Assembly: GCF_009914755.1 (NCBI RefSeq)
Contig: NC_060944.1
Strand: one strand, 5' to 3'
DNA length: 64,000 nucleotides
Source: the human T2T-CHM13v2.0 reference genome, Homo sapiens
Of the stretch, positions 38,159 through 51,800 are shown in pieces (positions within the stretch are counted from its first letter, which is position 1; the number at the start of each line of letters is the position of its first letter). The notes under the pieces were generated by a model. It was not told where the DNA came from, did not search any database, and was given only the letters and a program-made list of their open reading frames with translations. Made by a program: the position numbers and the translations under genes.

Positions 38159-40213
38159 TGCAGGGCTCTGCCATCTATAGCCTTCTTTGGATTCCGAGAT
38201 CCCAAGAACAGAAGCTGTTGGCATTTAGCAATTTATGATTTTCTTCCTTTTTTTGATGCTGCAGATTTATCCGACTGACTTTCCCAGCCCTCCAGGGGGA
38301 CCGTTGCTGGGGCTTCCGGTCTCTCTTTGTTTAGAAATCTCAGGGCAAGTGGAGATCAGGTCTGTTCTGCACAGATGCACCTTCCTGAGCTCTTGGCGTG
38401 GCACCACCTCCTGCTTCACCACTGTGGTGAGGGGTCTGCCTGTGAACACTGCAGAGCCTCCAAGGTCAAGAAGACCACCAAGATTTATGAGGGCACTTTC
38501 AAGGATTTGTTGCAAAAATGCGAAGGAGCTCACGAGGCAGTGCTGTGAGCAGGCTCTGTGTGGTATTGTGGGCAGAAATCAACCTCAGCCCTAAAGGGAG
38601 GGGCCTGGTAGTCCTGCAAAGGCCGGGGCAGGCAAGGCCAGCACGGATCAGGCAAAATGGTGGCTATCATGTATGGATCTTGTACGTTCTGCTTTTAGAT
38701 GGAGGTAGCTAAGCAACAGAACACACAGCTTCCAAATTGGGACAAGTTTAAACTGGCAAATCTCAGCCCCAGAGGATATAAATATGACGCTTCATCGTCT
38801 TGGGTGGAAGTCCCCGTGTACAGGGAGGGAAAGCCCATCTGTGTGTGGCATGCAGGGTACAGGGAGTGGGTCCCGAGTCCCATCCTGTGCAGGGGAGAGG
38901 CTCAGGCCCCTTCTGTGCAGTGTCAATATGAAGTGGCCCTGTCCCTGCTGAGGGCTCCAGGGAGGGTCAGCTGCTGTTTGTTTTCCTTGGTTGCTTGGGA
39001 ATCTGTAGAGGATGGTACAGCATGTTTTGTAAGAAAATGCAAAACAACATCAACCCCCATTCAGTGTCAATAAAACATGATTCCCAAACCAGGGAGCAGG
39101 TGGTTTGGTGGACTTGGAGGCTGCCTGGCTGAGAGCCATGGGCTGAGTGAGCCCAGGGAAGTCACATGGTGAGTCCAAGCCTTGAAATGGGTGTGTGATG
39201 TCTGCCTGCTCAGATGCTTGCAGGGACTAAATACCACACAGTCCTGCTTCACCCAGGATCGGGGCTTAGCGTGTGTGAGTAGTAGTCATGGTAATAAGAG
39301 CACAACCATAGCTCACTAACATGTATGAAACCCATGTTATGTATGAGGGGTGGTGTTTGCCTGCATTCATATAAACATAAGACGTAAATGCTATTATTGG
39401 ATGTTCTTAGCAGCTAAGGAAATGGAGGCCCAGAGAGATTGGGTAAGATGCTCAAAGTCACACAGCTAGTAAGCTAGTGGAGCTGAGATGTGACCCAGGT
39501 GGGCTGACTCCAGACCGCACGTTAGAGCCACCCCACTCCCTGGAATAGTTGCACAGGCGGTCAGGACTGGCATGGTTGTTCCAAAATCAACAAGGACGCA
39601 GACTCCTCTTACCTTCCTGCTATTTACCCTTATGCCGGTGTTGATCCTCCATGGTCCAGGGTGGCTGCAAAGGCACCAGACATCATATTCAAGTCCCAAA
39701 GGGGCATACATCTCAGCTGAGTCAGCTTTTCCAGAGGGCTCCTCCCAGAAGCTCCTCCACACACATCTACCTACTGCTCCTTGGTTGGACCCTCCTCATG
39801 TGGCCGTGGTCAGCTGGAAAAGAGACTGCTCTGAATAGGACCAGCATTCAGGCATAAGAAGGGGAGAAGGGAGATGGGGTAGGAAACTCGCGGCTTCTGC
39901 TGCTTTAGGTGTTCAAGTTAATTTTGTTACATTAAAGGAAGAAAAGAAGCAACAAATGAAGAGATGGATGAGTGAATGGAAAGCATTCTGTCTGTTAGGT
40001 AGCAATGATTTCTAAGTGATTTCTGGAGCAGCCTGGTTTGAGGAGTGCATGTGGATCCCTATGGGCTTGGAGAGCACCGCCGGGGAATTTAAAAATGCCC
40101 CATTCCTGACCCTCCCACACTGGGCCAGGGAGGTGAGCAGCTGGCAGAAGTTGAGGAGGAGGAGGGAAAGAGGAACCCTGAGAGGCGCTGAGAGTGATGT
40201 GGACAAACACAGC

Positions 40214-40583
40214 TACCCCCTCCCCAGCAATCCTACCCTTTCTGCAGCGATCCCACCCCTTCCCCAGCAATCCCACCCCTTCCCCAGCAATCCCACCCCT
40301 TCCCCAGCGATCCCACCCCTTCCCCAGCGATCCCACCCCTTCCCCAGCGATCCGCCCCCCAACGATCCCACCCCTTCTCCAGCGATCCCACCCCCTCCGC
40401 AGCGATCCCACCCCCTCCGCAGCGATCCCACCCCCTCCGCAGCGATCCCACCCCTTCCGCAGCGATCCCACCCCCTCCGCAGCCATCCCACCCCCTCCGC
40501 AGCCATCCCACCCCCTCCCCTGCCATCCCACCCCCTCCCCACAGTGATCCCACCCCCTCCGCAGTGATCCCACCCCCTCCCCA
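40214..40583. repeat. 20-bp C-rich minisatellite, about 18 copies (CAGCGATCCCACCCC[T/C]TCC[C/G])
   Basis: Read directly; explains the Pro- and Gly-rich ORFs at 39995-40584. Confidence 0.96.
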
Positions 40584-42329
40584 ATATTTTAGTTCAGCAA
40601 CAGATGTTTCCTGAACAGCCTCTGTGTGCCACTCTCCGCACTGGGCCTAGGATGGGGGGAAGAACAAAGCAGATGCGGGGGCTGCCTTCCGAAGCTTCCA
40701 TTCCACCAGCAGGCGTGGGGGAGGGGAGGTCAGGTGAACATGTGTGTGGCACATGTGGAATATGTGGCTATGGCTAGACACGGGAAGGGCTGCAGTGCAG
40801 AGTGACCGTGTTCCACTCAGGTGGCTTCCAGCATCCCCTCCTGGGCTGGTGGGCGCTGGTGCACCTCAGTGCCATTGCTGATGAAGGTCTGGGTCCGGTG
40901 GAAATGGTGTGGTCTGCAGATGAGGTGCGCCTGTCTTTTCTTAAATCAAGGACACTTTCAGATGGATTTGGTTTCTCTCTGACTCGGCTCGTTCAGTCAG
41001 CCTGACGGGCACCTACCGTGTGGCTCGGGCCCCGTGCTGGGCAAGACCCTGCCTCCAGCTCCCAGCCTCACTAGGAGTGGGGGATGGGAGTCACAGGATG
41101 TGCCCAGTGGAACAGCCGCCAGGGCAGGTGAATCCTGGAGAGCGGCGGGCTGTTCAGGTCTGGGACCCTGGGAAGCCACAGGGAGGAGTGCATGGGAGTG
41201 ACCCTGGAAGCCCAGAGATGGAGATGGGGAGGGGAAGGGCTGGCAGGGGCCCTGCCCGAGCAAAAGATCAGAGGCAGACAATGCTCAGCGTCCAAGGAGG
41301 AAAGCGGAAGGAGCTGGAGGGCAAGGCAGGCCCTGGTACCTGGCAGGTGCTCCATTGGTGCCTGTGGAATGGACCCCAAAGGATCTTAGCCCTGGGAGCA
41401 GGCAGTGGGGAGCATTACGTATTCTTTCCATTTTCAAAATTTGAAGAAGGGACTTATATACATGGTAAAAAATAAAACGGTACTTCTCACTCCCACCTCA
41501 TCCATCTGTCCGGAGTCAGCCACTGTCCACGGGGCCATTTGTGATCATTCAGAAGTGGGTCTTTATAGGAGTCCTAACGCCCAGAACAGTAATCTGCAGA
41601 TATTACCTCCCATGTGCTGTGCCCAGCTCGGGGTGAGCTGGAACCTGCGGTAGATCCTTCACTCGGCATCAGTCTCTGGAGGGAGGTAAAGACCTGTCCT
41701 CAGTGCTCAGCCCCAGGTGACTACTCAAAAAGCCATTTGAAAGAAGAGATCATAAGCATGATTTGTTCATGCTTTAAACACAATTTTAAACCATACAGAT
41801 GTCACTTGTTTGGCCGTCACTTTGAGGTAGAATCCAAGGACATTTCTTTGAGGAAGGATCTACCAACTTAAGTTATTTTTGCTCTAAACAAAGGCTGGAT
41901 GTGTCTCCTCCAAGTTCCACTGACAGTTTCTTTGGAGAGGAGTGAGTATTTAAAGGCACTTGGAAGCAATCTCAGTGCAGAATCCTTCCAGAGTTTTAAG
42001 GCCCCACCTCCCCAGATCTCACTTCTCTCTCCCACGCAAACTGCACAGTGGTATTTTTAGCAACTTGCCTCTACTGACTCCAAAGCTTAGTTTTCATGGA
42101 ATTTACATTTTCATTTTACACCCATATGAGATCATTTAATCAATGTGCATTAAAAGCTTAATTACATTTATTACAGAGACAAGTACACCTGGTACAAATA
42201 GGTTTGGGAACAGAAGCAACCAGTTCCTGATCCATGCACAGCTCAGCTGGTGTGGCCAGGCAGTTCTGAAATCAACAGGGAGGCCACGAAGTCAGCACGG
42301 GATGCCCAGCATGGCTGGAGCCACTGAAG

Positions 42330-42564
42330 GATTTCTGCTTCAAGAAGCCTCAACCGGTATCTAAGGCCTTCCCACTGATCAGATCAGGCCCACCCATTTC
42401 AGCCAGGACACTCTCCTTGACTTAAAGTCAGCTGATCACGGCCCTTGGTCACATCTACCAGACGCCGTCACAGCAGCACCTAGAGGAGTGTTTGGTTGAG
42501 TAACTGGGGACTGGGACCCCACCCCCCATACCATTCAGGTTGACACATCAAATTGACCCTCACA
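42330..42564 (-). mobile_element. MLT2-family LTR fragment
   Basis: Ends ttgacacatcaaattgaccctcaca (reverse of the MLT2 start); contains aggcccacccatt and cttaaagtcagctgat. Confidence 0.65.
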
Positions 42565-43644
42565 GATTCAAGGTTGGCAGAAAGCTCATGAGCAGATGTA
42601 AGATTGCACTCAGTCTCTCACTCACAGCCTCTCTCCTCAGGTGATTTGTAGAGAAGCCACTATTCAAGCAAAGGGCAAGTTCAAAGCTTAGACTCTTAAT
42701 GATGATGTGGTTTTGCAGTTTCTATATTCACGTTTATTCCCTTTTATCTTCCCCAGAGTCTGGCTGGGAGAGCCTTCCACATAAGGGCTAATGGAGCAGC
42801 ACCCGGTTCCTTTCTGTAATGGCATTGAATTCCACTGCAGGGTTGAACACAGGTCCTTTAGGCCCAATGGGCATTAAGGCTCTGCCCTGTGCTTGGCTAT
42901 AATGAACATCCTCATACGTGTGTCTGTAAGAGGCCCATGTGGAAGGATGTTCACACACATCAGAAATCTTGGAACTGGAACTGGCAGGTTAGAGAATATA
43001 TGCATCTGTCATTTTTGACCTGAGCATTGACCACCAGGGAATGCCCCTGATTGACAGCCCCACCAGTGGGGGGGCGGGGGGAGGGGCTCTGTCTACACTC
43101 CTGTCAACATTGTGGATTTTCCAACTTTCTGCCCTCTGCTGATCTGGAGGTGGCACAGTGACGTGCTGTTTGGCACAACCACACACTCCATGTGGTTGTT
43201 ATTTCCATGGAGGTCTGTGAATGACGATGAACTTTGGACTTGCCCCACAACAGCAGCCCAGTTCTACTAGTAAGGCAGAGCTGTGTCCCACAAGCCCAGA
43301 ACCATGCCCCCTGCAGCGGGGCCCCTGTATTGCCAGTGGCTTCTCTGTTCATTTTGCTGTGCCAGCTTGAGAGGCTGTGCAGGGGCTGGGGATTCAGCAG
43401 TGACCAGGTAGACAAAGTCTCTGCCCTTGGAGGGGTCCTGAGTCCCTAACTGGCCAGCTTGGTGCCTTGTCCTGGGTTGGCACACATACTGCCTTTTGTA
43501 CTCTGGTGGCAGCTGTGCAAGCGTGGGACTGTGGTGTCTCTTTCACAGGCTTGGAGGGTGGCTTGCCCAAGGTTGCCTTGTTGCTGTCAAAACCAGCCTT
43601 TGGGCTCAAGTTTCTCAATGTAAACCTGGCGTTGCCTTGATGTC

Positions 43645-43765
43645 CCATTCATGTATCCACTCATGCATTCAGACACTCATTCATTCATTCAGTCACTTGT
43701 TCATTCATTCACTCGTTCATTCACTCATTCACTCATTCATTCATTCAGTCACTCATTCATTGGTC
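43645..43765. repeat. (CATT/CACT)n microsatellite, probably an expanded L2 tail
   Basis: cattcattcattc repeats followed by L2-like sequence. Confidence 0.85.
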
Positions 43766-44071
43766 ACTTATCACGGACCAGGCTTGGTTCCAGGGCCCTG
43801 AGTACACAGCATTGGGTACTACTGATGCAGTTCTTACCATTGAGGTACTCAAAACATAAATAATCAATTCTGGCCATGAAGGCCACAAAATACACAAATG
43901 CACTGGGGAGCAACCTGTGCAGAAAGGAGCCAGTTACTTCAGCTGGAGGAGTCGGGGTGGGCTTTCTGGAAGAAGAGGTTTAAGCTGAACCATGGGGAGA
44001 TCTGGGTAACAACTTTCTCAGCAGAGGGAAGGGCCCAGGCAGAGGCGCTGGGTGGGAATCAGCTTGGCATG

Positions 44072-44420
44072 TGCTGTGGTCTGAATGTTTGTGTCCTCCC
44101 CAAATTCATGTGTCACCCCCAGTATGATGGTGGTTGTACATGGGGCCTTTGGGAGGTGATTAGGTCATGAGGGTGCAGTGCTCTTGAGCGGGATTAGCGC
44201 CCTCAAAAAAGGGACCCCTGAGGGCTGCATTGCTCCCTCCACCATGTGAGGACACAGTGAGAAGATGCTGTCTCTGGGAAAGTGGGTCCTCCCCGGATGC
44301 CGAATCTGCTGGCACCTCAACCTTGGACTTCCCAGACTCCAGAACAGGGAGAAATGGATTTTTGTTGTTTATAAGACACTGAGCTTAGGGGACTGTGTTG
44401 TAGCAGCCGCGCTGGGCAAG
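44072..44420 (+). mobile_element. MLT1A-type MaLR solo LTR
   Basis: tgctgtggtctgaatgtttgtgtcctccccaaattcatg…ggggcctttgggaggtgattaggtcatgaggg…ggacttcccag. Confidence 0.88.
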
Positions 44421-44809
44421 GGCAGCTCAGCAGGTCAGCATGACCAAAGGAGGACAAGGTATGGGGAGGAGGGAGATCAGTGGGGTGGGGGAGGGGAGGG
44501 GTGCTCAGGGGCTTCGAGGAGGCTGGAGCTCTGCTCCTCAGCAGGTTGTCTCCCTCCAGGAATTCCCTGCCACAGGCTCGGGCCTCTGGGTCCTGGTGGC
44601 TGAGCACAGATCTTCGCTGAGTGTCCCTGGTCTGGGCCATTGTGGGGCCAGCATCTTGGTTCTTCCCAGCTGACTCAACCTGGGCTTGGCTCACCCTTGG
44701 CTGGGACCCAAGGAGGCCAGGCAGGGTGGTGGGGCCCAGTGGGGTGTGGGGCACATTCCTTCCAGTGCGCTCCCCTGCCCCAGCCTTACACCTGGCATTA
44801 CAGGGCACA

Positions 44810-44995
44810 TGCTGTCCTCACCCTGCCTCTCACACCTGCTGTCTCTGCACACACCCTCCTGGCCCTGCCTCTCACACCTGCTCTCTCTGTACACACTGTC
44901 CTCACTCTGCCTCTCATACCCACTCTCCCACACACTCTGTCCCTGCCCTGTCTCTCATGCCTGCTCTGCACACACAGTCCTGGCCCTGCCTGTTA
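44810..44995. repeat. Imperfect roughly 41-bp pyrimidine-rich tandem repeat, 3-4 copies
   Basis: ccctgcctctcacacctgct…ctctg[c/t]acacac recurring. Confidence 0.6.
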
Positions 44996-47900
44996 CGCCT
45001 GCTGTCTCTGCTTCCCTCTCTCACGTCCTTCCCTGCAGGGTGCGTCTCTCCCTCCTCTTTGCACACATGTTCTTGGCCTTTCTTCCTCACTCCACTTTCC
45101 TCCTTTCAAAAGTAGCATTGGCAGGGCTGGGTGTCACTGTGAATGACATTCTCTGCGTTACCTTGACTGTGAGAACAGAAAGTGCCTCTCTACAGGTAGA
45201 TGCGAGTTTGGTCCTGAAAGTCAAGGGCCTGGTTTTCCTCCGGAGGATTTGAATCCTTCCCTCTCCCTGCTCCCCTCCCTTCTCTCCTTCCCTCCCTCCT
45301 TCCCTCCCATAGTTCTCAGGCACCAGGTGATTCCTCAGTACCTCTGAGAGTCCCCAGATGGAAGGTGACCTGGATGTCCCTTGGTGTCCATGTTGCTGTC
45401 TTTAGCACCTGGAAGAGGAGGTAGAAGGGGCATGTTCACGGTGGGGTTGGGGAAGCCTCTCAGGGCAGCCCGGGAACCATCCGGAGAGACTGGTGCTGGT
45501 GACCAGCTGGCCTTCATGGGCGGGGGTGCACGTGATCTTGGTGCCTCACCTGAGCCCTTGGAACACCCGGCTCCAGGAGGCTGATTGGAGGCGAGACCCC
45601 TCCCCACCACCACTGGGGCTGTTCCTGGTGCAGAGGGTGAAGGACTCATCTCATCTGTATCCCAGGGGCACTAACCCAACCCTGGGCAGGGCAGTCTAGA
45701 GTCCCTTTTTGGCTTAGGGTGGGCCACAGAGCCAGGCTGACAAAACAGAAATAGCAACAGTGATGGAGACAGTGCGGTGTGCAGCTTGCGGAGCCCAGGG
45801 CACAGCGGCCTGGCTAGCCCCCTCACATACGGCTCTCTCCTTTCAGTCTCACCAGGTGAGACCATGGAGGTGCAGAGAGGAGACTGGCTGCACCCAGGAG
45901 GTGGAGGACAAGAGACACTGGAGAGTCTGGGAGGCCAACTCCACGTACCTGGAGTTCTTTTCTGTGCTGCCCTGGGAGGGAGCCCAGGCTCCAGGGGACA
46001 TATTTCTCCTGCAGGGTGGGGTTGGGAGGACAGAGTAGGCAGGAGCCTTTGGCCTGAAGGCTTGTCACTGTGGGCACAAGAGGCATGGGACACCTTCCCG
46101 ACATCAGAAGCCCCCCACTGCACCAAGCTTGGCGGGGCTTCCTGGTGGAGTTGAAGTTGCCCTGCCTCCTATGCCCTCAGGACACAGGAGGCAGGCCAGC
46201 CGTTCTGTTGCCTTTTGGAAACTCAGGGCAGCTCTGTGGATTGTCACAGCAACTGGAGCTCCTGCTGTATTTTCAGGATGGTCCCGGGAGGCAGGTGTTC
46301 TGCAGCCATGGGGCACTCCCTTAGCAATGAAGACTGGCCCCCCATTCCACTTGACTTCTGAATGTCCCTGGGACACTCATGAGAGTCCGAAGCCTGTTTA
46401 TGATGACCTGAGCCTCATCCCAAGTGCATTGTGGACACACACAGGAGGTATTTTGGTGGAGCTGTATTACAGGTGGCGTCTCCTGGAATGCAAAATGCCA
46501 GAAACCTCTCCCACAGATTGGGGAGGGAACCTTGCTTTGTCCAGAGCTTCACCAAGAAGCATTCCTCCACTAGTGTCTCTCAGGGCATGGAGTGACCAGT
46601 GTGGCAGCTGTGGGTCTGTCTGCATTGGTGGCTGGCACTGTGATGGTGATTTTTCTGTAGCGGCAGCATTGGCATTGTGTGCTGTGTCACCCAATCCAGC
46701 CATGCCTGGCACTTACTTACCTATCGGAATATGTGTTATTTGATTAAAACTTAATTTCCTTTTTCCTCCTTTATATTGCAGATAGGGTGTTATGTTGTTT
46801 TTTTGGTTATGCGTGTCAGGGATTTGGAGGAAAAGGGACAAGACAGAACAATTGTAATAATGGGGGTGTGTGGGGTACAGTGGGGCTGCGGACCCGTGTG
46901 AGGAGAAGGACATCTTTGCCGGACAGGGACAGTGTGAACAGCCACTTATTGGTAAATGCAGCTCGACGTGGGGCCATCACCCGGCATGGAGTTTTGGGAG
47001 GGGTGGGAGTAGGAGGGGCTGCTGGAGGGGTCACCGTAAACTGAAAGGCTTTGCTGAGGGCCTTGGAGTTTGTCCTGAGGATGGTGGGAACCCGGGCTTG
47101 AGCTCATCGTGGGAGTAGGAGTTAGAGTTATGCTGCTGTGGGCAGGGAGGTGGACAGTGTGGAAGTCTCCATCATCCAGGGCTGAGGCTTGTGGCCTGGA
47201 TCAGGGAAGTGGCCTTGGGGATGGAGAGAGGCAGATGGATGGATGGACGGATGGATGGATGCAAGCAGAACCCAGCAGACTTGGAGCTTCCTGGGGTGTT
47301 GGACGTAGGGAGTAAGAGGAGCCAGTTCTCCCAGGGGTCTGGTGTGTGCCTGGGTGGTGGCTGGAGCCAGCCCCTGAGCCCAGGATGCTGGGCACGGAGC
47401 AGGTGTGAGGAGGTGGGGAACAGGGTGTGAAAAGGTCGGCTTTGGACTCAGAGTGCCTGGAGTCACATCCTCCCCGGCATCCCAGAAGTCAGGACTGCTG
47501 GCTGCTGAGATGGGGCTTGCCCCAGGCATGTGGACCAGCAGCCAGCACCTCTCAGCTGAGCCCTCAGTCGGCAGAACATCCCTGCTTGCTGTTTCCTAGT
47601 GTGGACACACTCCATCCCCTCTGCCTGGATGCCCATCCCAGGTCTTTCCCTGGGCGGTTTCTTTCATCATCCAGGCCTCATCTTATGGCCTGGAGAGTCC
47701 TCTTCTCTTCCTGAACTTCTCTCCAGACACACCCACATTGCTCTGACGCTCTGAGACATAGGGTCAATGTGCCTGTCATCCGTGCACCCAGATGGTGTGC
47801 GCCTGGGGGCAAGCAGACGAGACATCTGCCCCATTCACCATCAGATGTCTGAGGATGCATCAATGCGTCGTGTGAATGGTGTGTGGAGACGCTGCCTCGC

Positions 47901-48384
47901 TGGGGAATCCCATCTCCAGGCGGGGGCCGCCAGCTTTTCTCAGTGACTCAAGGCGGCTGTGGGGCAGGATTGGCATTCCCAGAAAGGAGCCTCCCAAAAT
48001 AGCCCGGGCGTCCCCTGTGGGTGTCGAGCTGTCTGTTCTCTCTAGGAAGGCATTCTGCCTTGTATGGAAGGAATTGCTTCTCAATTTCTGCTCCACACTG
48101 AGGTGACTTTAGATGTTGATTCAAACCTTTTCTGTGACATCTGTGCTGGGGTGAGATCAAGATTTGGGGGATGTGCGTTTAGTGGGGCAGCCTGGCTGGG
48201 TGGGGCTTCATTGGGGAAGCAAAGCTTGGGGAGCTGGAACTATGCTTCTCCTGACCCCGTGTCCTTCCACTTCCTGAAATTACCTGCAGCCCCTGCTGCT
48301 GTGCTCATCATGCAGGAAGGCAGTCAGCTGAGCAGTGTGTGCAGAGGACGATTCAGAAACTGGTACAAACTTGGCACTGAGACG

Positions 48385-48838
48385 GCGTCTGATGGGAGAA
48401 GAGGGGGTGTCTGATGAAAGAGGCTATGACAGACAGGAGCATGTGCGTGTCTGGTGGAAGAGGGTGTGCGTGTCTGATGGAAGAGGGTATGAGTGTCTGA
48501 TAGAAGAGGGCGTGAGTGTCTGATGGAAGAGGGTATGAGTGTCTGATAGAAGAGGGTATGAGTGTCTGATGGAAGCAAGTGAGTGATGGACAGTGTGAGT
48601 AGATGATGAAAGAAGGTGTGAGTATTTGATGGAGGAGGGTGTGTCTGATGGAGACGGTGTGAATGTCTGATGGAGAGAGCATGAGTGATGAAGAGGGTGT
48701 GAGTGTCTGATGGAGGAATGTGTGGGCATCTGATGGAGGAAGATGTGAACATCTGATGGAGGTGTGAATGAGCAGATGTTGAAAGAGGGTGTGAGCATCC
48801 GTCTGATGGAGGAGGCTGTGAGTGTCTGAAGGAGGAGT
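48385..48838. repeat. Degenerate roughly 23-bp minisatellite (GTGAGTGTCTGATGGAAGAGGGT)
   Basis: Core gtctgatgg recurs throughout; gives the periodic ORFs at 48324-48931. Confidence 0.9.
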
Positions 48839-51800
48839 GATTCTTGGGGATCCAGGCCTGCAAGGAGGCGCTGGGCAGGATGGAGCCTGCAGCTCTGCTG
48901 GCTGAAGGTGGAAGAGACCTGGGCTCAGCACGCCAGGTGAATAATATCAGTGCTATAGTAGTAATGATGCCACCTATTTGTGTGTCAACCTCCTCCTGTA
49001 TTTAGTGTTCTCGACTCTCCCAGCATCCCTGTGGGTTTTGTTGGCAGGTGTTCACCTGGGGAATCAGAGGCTCAAGTAAGGGAGGGCGTGACGCCATCAC
49101 CCAGCTGGCAGGGGTCAGAGCTGGAACTGGAATCCTAGCTCTGTGCCAGTGCTGGGGCACCAGTGCTGACTGTGGAATAGACAGTTGACAGCCTCCACAG
49201 ACCTGGAAATGTGGGTGGCACAGTGGCATCATGACTCCTGGAGCCTCTCCAGGCGTCCTGACTGTCCAGGCTGTCGGCGGTCTCATCAGCTCCACCTCTA
49301 GGCCCCTTCCTCCCCATTGTTTGTCCCCTGCTCCCTGTCTCCTCTGTGCTACTCACAGCACAGGGCCAGGTGTGTCGTAGGTGACTGCTACAGATCTGTC
49401 GTGTGAGAGGCACTCGGAACCAGGAAGTGCCTGTGGGGTCACCTGTTTGGCTGGTGCCCCCTTGGCCCCCAGAAATGACTCACATCCACACTTGAACATA
49501 CAGACATCCTTTTCCAGGGTGTGTTGTGCTCGATACCTTTAATTCCTGTCTGCATTCCAGGGCCTGCCCAGCCTCTTCCTGGCTCCCCAGCCCAGCCTGG
49601 TCCTTCCGGCCTCCCTGTCATCCCCACCTCTCGTGTGTGCACAAGCAGGGACCAGGTAGGGAGACCGGCAGATGCTGCTCTCTGTCCCTGGGGTTTCTTT
49701 TCTTAGTGTTGCTCCCACACCCACGCGATGCTTTAATTAACTGCCACACTCAGGCTTTCTCAGTGGGGAGAGTCAGAAATAGACTGTGGCTTCCCCAGCT
49801 CCAGGCGGCACCAGGACGTCACCAGCAGCCTCATTTCTGAATCAGGAGTCTCAAGCAGCTGCAGAGGGTGGGGAGGTTTGGGGAATCCCACAGGGGTTCT
49901 ACACCCCCACCTACCCCGCCCCACCCCTCTGCAGGGCCTTCTGCAGCTTCCAAAGCCCAGCTATGCTCCGGCCACGTCTCTAGCGGCTCCTCGGAGAGCA
50001 ACTTGATACTGAAGCTCAAAGCCCAGGAAGCCCTGGCGGCATCCCTGCCCCAGCCAGGTCCAAGCAGGCTATGTAGTGAGGGAGAGGAACCGGCGCCCAT
50101 TCCTTTGCTCCTCGACACAGGCTGCTCCCCTTGCCTGCGCCGGCTCTGGGGGTCTGCTCTCACAGAGCTTCATGACTCGTTCAACCTGACTGCCCTTTTC
50201 CTGGCCATGGTTCTGCCTAGAAAATTTCCTGGGCCACCCTGGCCTGAGTGGCGACTGTGTGTCAGGGCAGGGGTCAGCACACTGTGGGGCAGGGGTGGTG
50301 GCCTGTGATGCATGCCTCTGCCTGGGCCTGACTCTCTGTGCTGGGAGAATGCTTCCTGGGCCTCATCCCAGCTGTGTCCCTGCTGGCTAGTTCCTGCCAG
50401 CTGGTGTTGCCGGTGTTCCTCCCTGCCTCAGCCCTCCCAGCATCTGGAACTGGCTGTGGGTTCTGATTCCAGCTGTAGTAGCTGCTGATCACATTCCTCT
50501 CTCTGAGCCTCAAGGGTCTCGCCTGTAATGTTGGCAAAGTAATTGTCTGTCCTTGGCATCAGGCTCATCACCATTTTTCCTTTTGGAAGCCCCAACTCTG
50601 CATGAAGAGTTAGCATAGCTTCAGGTAGCAGGTGGACAAAAGGGTATCTTTTATGTATACTTAGGGTAACAAGTATTAATTTGGAGTGTGGGGTGTTTTT
50701 GCTCTGTGGCCAACTTCTTCCCCAAGTCTTGAACACTTCAGGGGGCCCTCACAGGCCTGCAGCACACTTTGTCCTTGGTATCTGGTGGGGGTCTGGGCAG
50801 GTCCGTATCTCTTGGTAGTGGGTTCATCTCCATCTCTGTTGGACAGAAATCTGGAAGAGTCCGGAGAGTGTTTGCAAATGCAAATCTAGTCCTGGCACGC
50901 CCACACCCCATCTCACCCAGGTCTGCTTTAAATCCTTCAGTGCCGCTCTGGGGTTCCAGGAGTGAATCCAGACTCTCTCTCCAGCGATGCCAGGCTGTGT
51001 GGGTCCTGCCCCTGCTCAGCCTCGGTGCACACACACCTCCATGCGATCTAAACGACCCCACCTCAGGACCTTTGCACATGTCCTCTCCTCACCTAGCGAT
51101 CCCCAATCATCCTCTGGATCCCAACTAAAGTGTCACCTTCTGGGAAGCCATTCATGTGCAGATTAGAGCCTAGTCTGAACGGTGGCCTGGCCTTGTTGGG
51201 TTGGCAGAACCACCCTAAGACCCTGCTTAGCACCCTCACCTGGCAGTCAGGGGTCTTCTTGCTCACCTCAATCCCCTCCACTGGTGAGAACCACAGGGAG
51301 GGTCTTGGGGCCCACAGCACTGTCTAGGGTTCTGCATCCACCCTTCCAGGTGTGGGGTCCTGGCACTCTGTAAGTAGAGAGGCGGGTTGGTGACAAGCCA
51401 GTGGGGTCCTGGCCTGAGCACCCTTTTGCTCTGTTTACAACCCTGTGCCTCCGGGGCTGTGTCTACCCAGAGGACTGCATATTCTAGACCATTCAGGGGT
51501 ACCCTGTTGACATTCAGTGAGAAGCTTGGCAGCTAGATGAAGCCCTGCAGTGAGCGATTGGACCACTACCAGACTGCCTCTGTGCCTTGGGACCAATTGC
51601 ACAGTTTTTGCTGGCTTGATGTCCACGCTTTCCTGAGGTGTACCAGTTGGATGAAATGCTTTTCTGGGAACATGGTCCGCGATCAGCTGGCAAGTCACAG
51701 GTTGGGTTTTCTTGAGAAATTACTATATCCCAAGCATGCATTGTCACAAACATTTTTGTGCATTATCTCATTTAATGCTCATTAAGAGGGTCTGGTACTA

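Noticed and set aside
39995-40584. Pro-rich and Gly-rich repetitive ORFs in several frames
   Set aside because: Produced by the stop-free 20-bp minisatellite.
48324-48931. His/Ser/Pro periodic ORFs that could be mistaken for zinc-finger-like repeats
   Set aside because: They arise from the 23-bp minisatellite; no C-x2-C…H-x3-H pattern.
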